DNA of 64,000 nucleotides from a virus (Duplodnaviria; Caudoviricetes): IMG/VR virus record IMGVR_UViG_3300021387_000147; one strand, 5' to 3'. Shown piece by piece: positions 59,370 to 64,000 of this stretch (position 1 is its first letter; each line of letters starts with the position of its first letter). The notes under the pieces were generated by a model. It saw only the letters and a program-made list of their open reading frames with translations, ran no database searches and was not told where the DNA came from. The position numbers and the translations under genes were made by a program.

Positions 59370-60488
59370 ATGGCATACATTTATAAGAAAAGTTCAGTAA
59401 AGAAAACATCATTTGCAGTTGTATATAATAGTGGTTCCCTATTTGAAAAAGAAGGTCAATATGGAACAATGCATTTGATGGAACATTTAATTTGTAAAAC
59501 ATTTATTGATGAATATGATACTTTGACTGCAAATGCAATTGATTGGAATGCATATACTGGTCATGAACATATTGTAGTTTATATGAGAGGTCTTGCATCA
59601 CGTTTGACTTCTGATATTAAGAAGAGAGTATTAAAGAAACTTCTAGGTGGTCTTGATAATCTAACTGAAGAAGTATTCCAGAAAGAAAAGGCTGTTGTTA
59701 TTCAGGAATATATGGATAATTTCAATGATCCAGTTTCTGGTAAGTTCTTGAACTGGATGAGAACACATTATGGTGATTATGGTCCAATTGGTGAAATTTC
59801 TTGTATTCAGAATTTCACTCTAGAAGATGTAAAGAAAACATATAAAGAAATGTTGTCAAAGCCAACACGTATTATTGAAGTTGGTCCAACATCTACTGAT
59901 TTGTCTGATATGAATATTGAATACGCAGAAGAATTAATCAGACAGCCACGTAAGATTAAGTATAAAAAAGATTATAAGTTAATTCAGCAAGAAGTATTGC
60001 CAATGGATAAGTCTACATTCTTAGTTCATTCTAAGAAGTTGGTAAGTAAGTCTGATTATCCATTCATGAATGTTGCTGTTGCAATGATTTCTGATGGATT
60101 GAATTCTCCATTGACACAAGAAATTAGAGTTAAGCGTGGATTGTCATACTTCTCTCATGGAATGGTTGACCATATTTGGAATGATTCTATTCTAACATTT
60201 GAGTCATGCACAACAAAGGAAAATGAAGAAGAATTGACAAACGTTTATAATGATCTTCTAAATAATGTAGACAAGTATTTGACAAAAGAAAGATACGATA
60301 TGATTATGTCTATGGCTCAGTGTGAAAAGGAAGAAATGAAGCTATTTAGATTTGCTCATGTCAATGACCTAATTAATAAGGGACTTCCACAGATGCCAAA
60401 TAATTTGTCTAAGATTACCTTTGAAAAGGTTAAGGAAGTAGCAAAGAAATACATAAATCCAGATTGTGAAATTGTAATTTTGAGGTAA
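59370..60488 (+). CDS. M16 (insulinase-family) zinc peptidase
   Basis: GS..E..GTMHLMEHL (HxxEH), NAYT, EKAVVIQE, S.L.QEIRVKRGLSY. Confidence 0.88.
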   Translation: MAYIYKKSSVKKTSFAVVYNSGSLFEKEGQYGTMHLMEHLICKTFIDEYDTLTANAIDWNAYTGHEHIVVYMRGLASRLTSDIKKRVLKKLLGGLDNLTEEVFQKEKAVVIQEYMDNFNDPVSGKFLNWMRTHYGDYGPIGEISCIQNFTLEDVKKTYKEMLSKPTRIIEVGPTSTDLSDMNIEYAEELIRQPRKIKYKKDYKLIQQEVLPMDKSTFLVHSKKLVSKSDYPFMNVAVAMISDGLNSPLTQEIRVKRGLSYFSHGMVDHIWNDSILTFESCTTKENEEELTNVYNDLLNNVDKYLTKERYDMIMSMAQCEKEEMKLFRFAHVNDLINKGLPQMPNNLSKITFEKVKEVAKKYINPDCEIVILR

Positions 60489-60491
60489 TAT

Positions 60492-61136
60492 ATGGTAGAA
60501 AATGTAGAAATGGTTGCAAAGCCACTAAAGACTATGTTTGAGATGCAGGAATCTCTACAAAATGCAATTGGTGCTAAGCGTGGAACTATTTGTCCAAATA
60601 CATGGCAGAAGAAGGATGTAGATGATATTTACCGTGTAATGGCTAAAGAATCAGGTTATTACATGATGAGTACTATCACTGAATTATTCGAAATGTTTGA
60701 ACAGATTGAGAAGGATAATTTCCAATATACAGAACTTGTCAAGTTTGAATTGATTGATGCTTGGCACTTCGTAATGAATCAAATCCTTTATTTGAATGTT
60801 AAGCCAACAGAAGAATTATCATTCTATATGGATAAGGCAAGAGAAAACATTGCTCAAGTAGATTTTGTAAATCATGATTTGCATCATATTGTTGGACAGA
60901 TTGTAGAAGCAATGGGTGAAATTTATCAGAATACTTCTTATAAAATGTGGAAGACTTATGATAAACCAAAGGAAGATCCAGCAAAGTTGCAAGAATTGTG
61001 TGATACATTCCTAATTCGTTTCTGTACTTTGTTCGTAGTTCTAGGCATGAATGAACAAGATGTTTGGAATTATTACTACGCAAAGAACGCTGAAAACTTT
61101 AAACGTCAGGAAAAAGGCGGACGATACGAGAAATAA
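60492..61136 (+). CDS. Dimeric dCTPase/dUTPase (gp56-like)
   Basis: MFEMQESLQ, ELFE, ELIDAWHF, YKMWK, YYAKNAENFKRQ. Confidence 0.8.
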   Translation: MVENVEMVAKPLKTMFEMQESLQNAIGAKRGTICPNTWQKKDVDDIYRVMAKESGYYMMSTITELFEMFEQIEKDNFQYTELVKFELIDAWHFVMNQILYLNVKPTEELSFYMDKARENIAQVDFVNHDLHHIVGQIVEAMGEIYQNTSYKMWKTYDKPKEDPAKLQELCDTFLIRFCTLFVVLGMNEQDVWNYYYAKNAENFKRQEKGGRYEK

Positions 61137-61222
61137 TTAGAAAAATTATACTCTTATGATAGCAACTTTTTTCGAAAAGTTGCTATATTTGTATTACATT
61201 AAAGTTATTAATGAGGTATAAA

Positions 61223-61969
61223 ATGGATTATAATAAGAATTTAATTGATTTATTGGATGAAGCTTCTCAAATTCAGAAGCAGTTGATTATCAACAAAGAT
61301 GCAAACACAAAAATTATTGCTATTAGAGCAAATGACCCAGATGTTTCAGTTTGTTATACTTTGTCTGCACCAGAAGATTATTTGAACTTTACTGGAACAA
61401 AGCTTGCATTTTATGATTTCACAAAGTTTGTTAAGTGTTTCCGTGTATTCGATATTAAGAGTAAGGATGACAAGTTATCTGATACTCCAGTTCTTGATGG
61501 TGTTGTAAATGCAAACAATGAAACAACTGATATTATCATTAAGTCATCTAAGACAAAGCAGAAGATTTCTTATCGTGCTGCTCGTGCAGATGTTCTAACT
61601 CAGCCAGTATTCAATCAGATTAAGATGCCAGCAGTTGATTGTAAGTTTACAATCACTCAGGAAGAATTCAAGCATCTACGTTATATGTTGGATAGTGTTA
61701 TCGAAGCAGATACTATTAAGTTCACATGGGATAATGATATTTGTAAGATTACTTTGAAGAATATGAAGACATCTAACTATTATGATGTTGAATATAAGTT
61801 AACAACACCTGCAAATCTAAATGGTGTTCTAGAAATTCAGACTAAAGGTTTAAAACAGATGCCTGAAGCTGGATATACTGTAGAAGTTGCATCAGCTGGC
61901 CTTGTTCACTTTACAATGGACAGAAATGATGATATTAACATGAACCTTTACATTTCTAAGAAGAGTTAA
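61223..61969 (+). CDS. gp45: Sliding clamp
   Basis: AFYDFTKF, ISYR.A, GYTVEV..GLVHF..LYIS pattern; size and position upstream of clamp loader. Confidence 0.75.
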   Translation: MDYNKNLIDLLDEASQIQKQLIINKDANTKIIAIRANDPDVSVCYTLSAPEDYLNFTGTKLAFYDFTKFVKCFRVFDIKSKDDKLSDTPVLDGVVNANNETTDIIIKSSKTKQKISYRAARADVLTQPVFNQIKMPAVDCKFTITQEEFKHLRYMLDSVIEADTIKFTWDNDICKITLKNMKTSNYYDVEYKLTTPANLNGVLEIQTKGLKQMPEAGYTVEVASAGLVHFTMDRNDDINMNLYISKKS

Positions 61970-61971
61970 TT

Positions 61972-62388
61972 ATGAGCGGAGTAAATGATTTCCTAACAGA
62001 AGACCAAATGACAGATAGAACAAACGTCAATGACATGGATCCATGGGACGTCATTGAGTCTGCTTGTATTGGTATGGGTATTGTCTATAATCAGCCAGAT
62101 CCAAATTGTAAAAAGTGTCATGGTCGTGGATGGACTGGACGTAGGTTAGTTCCAGATGTAGATGCAAATGGTCAGCCAAAGTTAGATGAATATGGAAAAC
62201 AGATTTTCATTAAGGAACCAATTGCATGTAATTGTATTTTCCCTAAGAATGAATATGAAAAAGAAATTGGACCATCTGGTGCATATTTCAGACCACGTAA
62301 TAGAAAAGAACGTAGAGCACAACAAGCAAAAGTAAAGAAAACTGTTGGTCAACCTCTACCAGATAGTATAACTTTAAATAAAGGATAA
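61972..62388 (+). CDS. Hypothetical Zn-binding protein
   Basis: CKKCHGRG..CNC; NRKERR tail. Confidence 0.6.
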   Translation: MSGVNDFLTEDQMTDRTNVNDMDPWDVIESACIGMGIVYNQPDPNCKKCHGRGWTGRRLVPDVDANGQPKLDEYGKQIFIKEPIACNCIFPKNEYEKEIGPSGAYFRPRNRKERRAQQAKVKKTVGQPLPDSITLNKG

Positions 62389-62395
62389 TTATGAC

Positions 62396-62510
62396 AAATC
62401 GGGACAGTTGGTCGCCACCAATTGAATAGCTCTCAACTATTCTAACCGATTTTTTATAAATAAAATAAAGGTTATGGCGATAACCTTTTTAATATAAAGG
62501 TAAAAGGAGA
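62396..62510 (+). promoter_or_regulatory. Structured leader with embedded late promoter upstream of endonuclease
   Basis: Three-way junction 62396-62452, TATAAATA 62455-62462, hairpin 62467-62488, complementary loops TCGCCA/TGGCGA. Confidence 0.6.
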
Positions 62511-62514
62511 TTAT

Positions 62515-63252
62515 ATGGAAATACAAGAAGGTATTTGTCCAGTTTGTGGTAAACCTACAAAATTAATTAAAAAAGGTTTATATCGTAAATATTGTTCTTA
62601 TGCATGTAGAAATTATATTTTAAATAAGACAATATTAAAAGATAAAGAAAAAGAGAATTTAAATAAAATTAGAAATTCTTTAATACAATTTAAAAAAGAT
62701 AATAGTTTAAATAAATATAAGAAATTATATACAACAGGTCATATATTAAAATATGATACTGATTTTTTATGTCATTGTGATATATGTGATAAAGATTTCA
62801 ATATTACAAGAGCAAATCTATATAATAGAATTATAATAAACAAAATAAATCCATGTCCAATTTGTCATAAAAAGAAAAGAGCATGTGGAAGATCTAAAAT
62901 TGAATATGAGTTATATGATTTTTTAAAAACATTTAATTTAGATATAAAAGATCATTATAAATTTTTTAAAAATAGAAAATTAGAATTTGATTTTTATATT
63001 CCAGAAATGAATATAGCATTTGAATTTGATGGAACATATTGGCATTGTGATCCAAGATTTTATGCACCAGATTATATTATGAAAGTTAAAAATATAACAG
63101 CAAAAGAAATATGGGAAAAAGATGCTGAAAAAGACAAATTAAGTGCGCAAAATAATGTTATATTATATAGAGTTAAAGAATACGATTGGAAAAATGATAA
63201 AGATCGTATAAAACAAGAAATCAAAAATTTAATAGGAATTAAAAATGTTTGA
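62515..63252 (+). CDS. Free-standing putative homing endonuclease (Zn-ribbon plus Vsr/DUF559-like nuclease)
   Basis: CPVCG..YCSYAC, CDIC..CPIC, SKIE..EFDFYIP..AFEFDGTYWH..KD..RVKE.DW; visibly more AT-rich than neighbours. Confidence 0.75.
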   Translation: MEIQEGICPVCGKPTKLIKKGLYRKYCSYACRNYILNKTILKDKEKENLNKIRNSLIQFKKDNSLNKYKKLYTTGHILKYDTDFLCHCDICDKDFNITRANLYNRIIINKINPCPICHKKKRACGRSKIEYELYDFLKTFNLDIKDHYKFFKNRKLEFDFYIPEMNIAFEFDGTYWHCDPRFYAPDYIMKVKNITAKEIWEKDAEKDKLSAQNNVILYRVKEYDWKNDKDRIKQEIKNLIGIKNV

Positions 63253-64000
63253 AAATAATGATAATCCAAAATGTTTCCTTTGGGTGGAACTTTTTAGACC
63301 AACTACAGTTAAAGATGTAATTTTACCTAAAGACTATAAAAATTTCTTTAGAAAGATTTTGAAGACAAAGGATTTACCTAATCTTTTGTTATCATCATCT
63401 ACGCCAGGAACTGGTAAGACTACTATTGCTAAAGCTATTGCTAAAGATTTAGGTGCTGAAACACTATATATCAATGCTTCTAAGGATAGTGGTAAGGATA
63501 TTGTTAAGACAACTATTTCTGAATTCGCAATGACAATGGGTTTCTCTGGATTTAATGAAGATGCAGAAACTGCAAAGCAAAAGATTGTCATTCTTGATGA
63601 AGCAGACGGTTTGTCAGTAGATTGTCAAAAGGCATTACGTGCATTTATTGAAGATTATCCTAATGCATGTCGCTTTATCATGACTTGTAATTTCCCTGCA
63701 AAGATTATTGATGCTCTACATGAAGGTAGAACAATGGAATTCGAGTTTGACTTTAAGAAACCTGAATATGTTGCAGAAATGAAGGAACAGACAGTAAAGC
63801 GTATTGAAGGTATTTTGAAGTTCGAAAAGATTAAGTATGACAAGCAAGCTATTGTTGACTTAGTTGAAGCACAATATCCATCTATTCGTAAAGCAATTGC
63901 AATCTGTCAGAAGTATGCAATGATGAAGGATGAAATCGATAAGGATATTGTCTATTATAAGAATATTGGTGAAGAACTAAGTAATTTGGTTCTTAATAAG
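63245..64000 (+). CDS. gp44: Clamp loader large subunit (RFC-like), 3'-truncated; missing from ORF track
   Basis: Manual translation: MFENNDNPKCFLWVELFRPTTVKDVILP..PGTGKTT..YINAS..IVILDEADGL..QKALRAFIE..CRFIMTCN. Confidence 0.93.
   Translation, partial: MFENNDNPKCFLWVELFRPTTVKDVILPKDYKNFFRKILKTKDLPNLLLSSSTPGTGKTTIAKAIAKDLGAETLYINASKDSGKDIVKTTISEFAMTMGFSGFNEDAETAKQKIVILDEADGLSVDCQKALRAFIEDYPNACRFIMTCNFPAKIIDALHEGRTMEFEFDFKKPEYVAEMKEQTVKRIEGILKFEKIKYDKQAIVDLVEAQYPSIRKAIAICQKYAMMKDEIDKDIVYYKNIGEELSNLVLNK

Noticed and set aside
62391-63252. Self-splicing intron in the clamp-loader gene
   Set aside because: No space for a ribozyme core after the endonuclease, and gp44 is complete from its own ATG at 63245
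1-64000. CRISPR array, tRNA cluster or stop-codon reassignment
   Set aside because: No spaced direct repeats or cloverleaves seen; genes are full-length in the standard code, and TAA, TAG and TGA all terminate genes

Overview
A 64-kb AT-rich segment of a large T4-like myovirus genome in the standard genetic code; no tRNA, rRNA or CRISPR array was seen. Positions 1-4668 (+) and 4754-28026 (mostly -) hold virion and late genes: gp5-like spike, tail-tube-fold proteins, gp55 late sigma factor, gp26, terminase, gp14 neck, tail tubes and sheath, plus two host-type transporters. A ~670-bp non-coding strand-switch region follows. From 28694 to the end (mostly +) is a replication, recombination and nucleotide block: UvsY, gp46/47, dCMP hydroxymethylase, gp43, UvsX, gp41, gp32, RNase H, dCMP deaminase, dCTPase/dUTPase, gp45 and gp44. 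Mixed in are host-like genes (two GroES, ClpP, IF-1, SpoVG-like, M16 peptidase). The most striking feature is a terminase large subunit fractured into two head-to-head genes on opposite strands. Each half carries one part of an atypically split intein, and both are driven by a perfect 20-bp palindrome holding two overlapping TATAAATA late promoters, so full TerL would need protein trans-splicing. Other candidates are a ~350-nt structured RNA or origin at the strand switch, a kissing-loop RNA switch in front of a free-standing endonuclease, a mini-protein built from major-capsid segments, and systematic leaderless late mRNAs. All calls come from motif reading by eye; no database searches were run.
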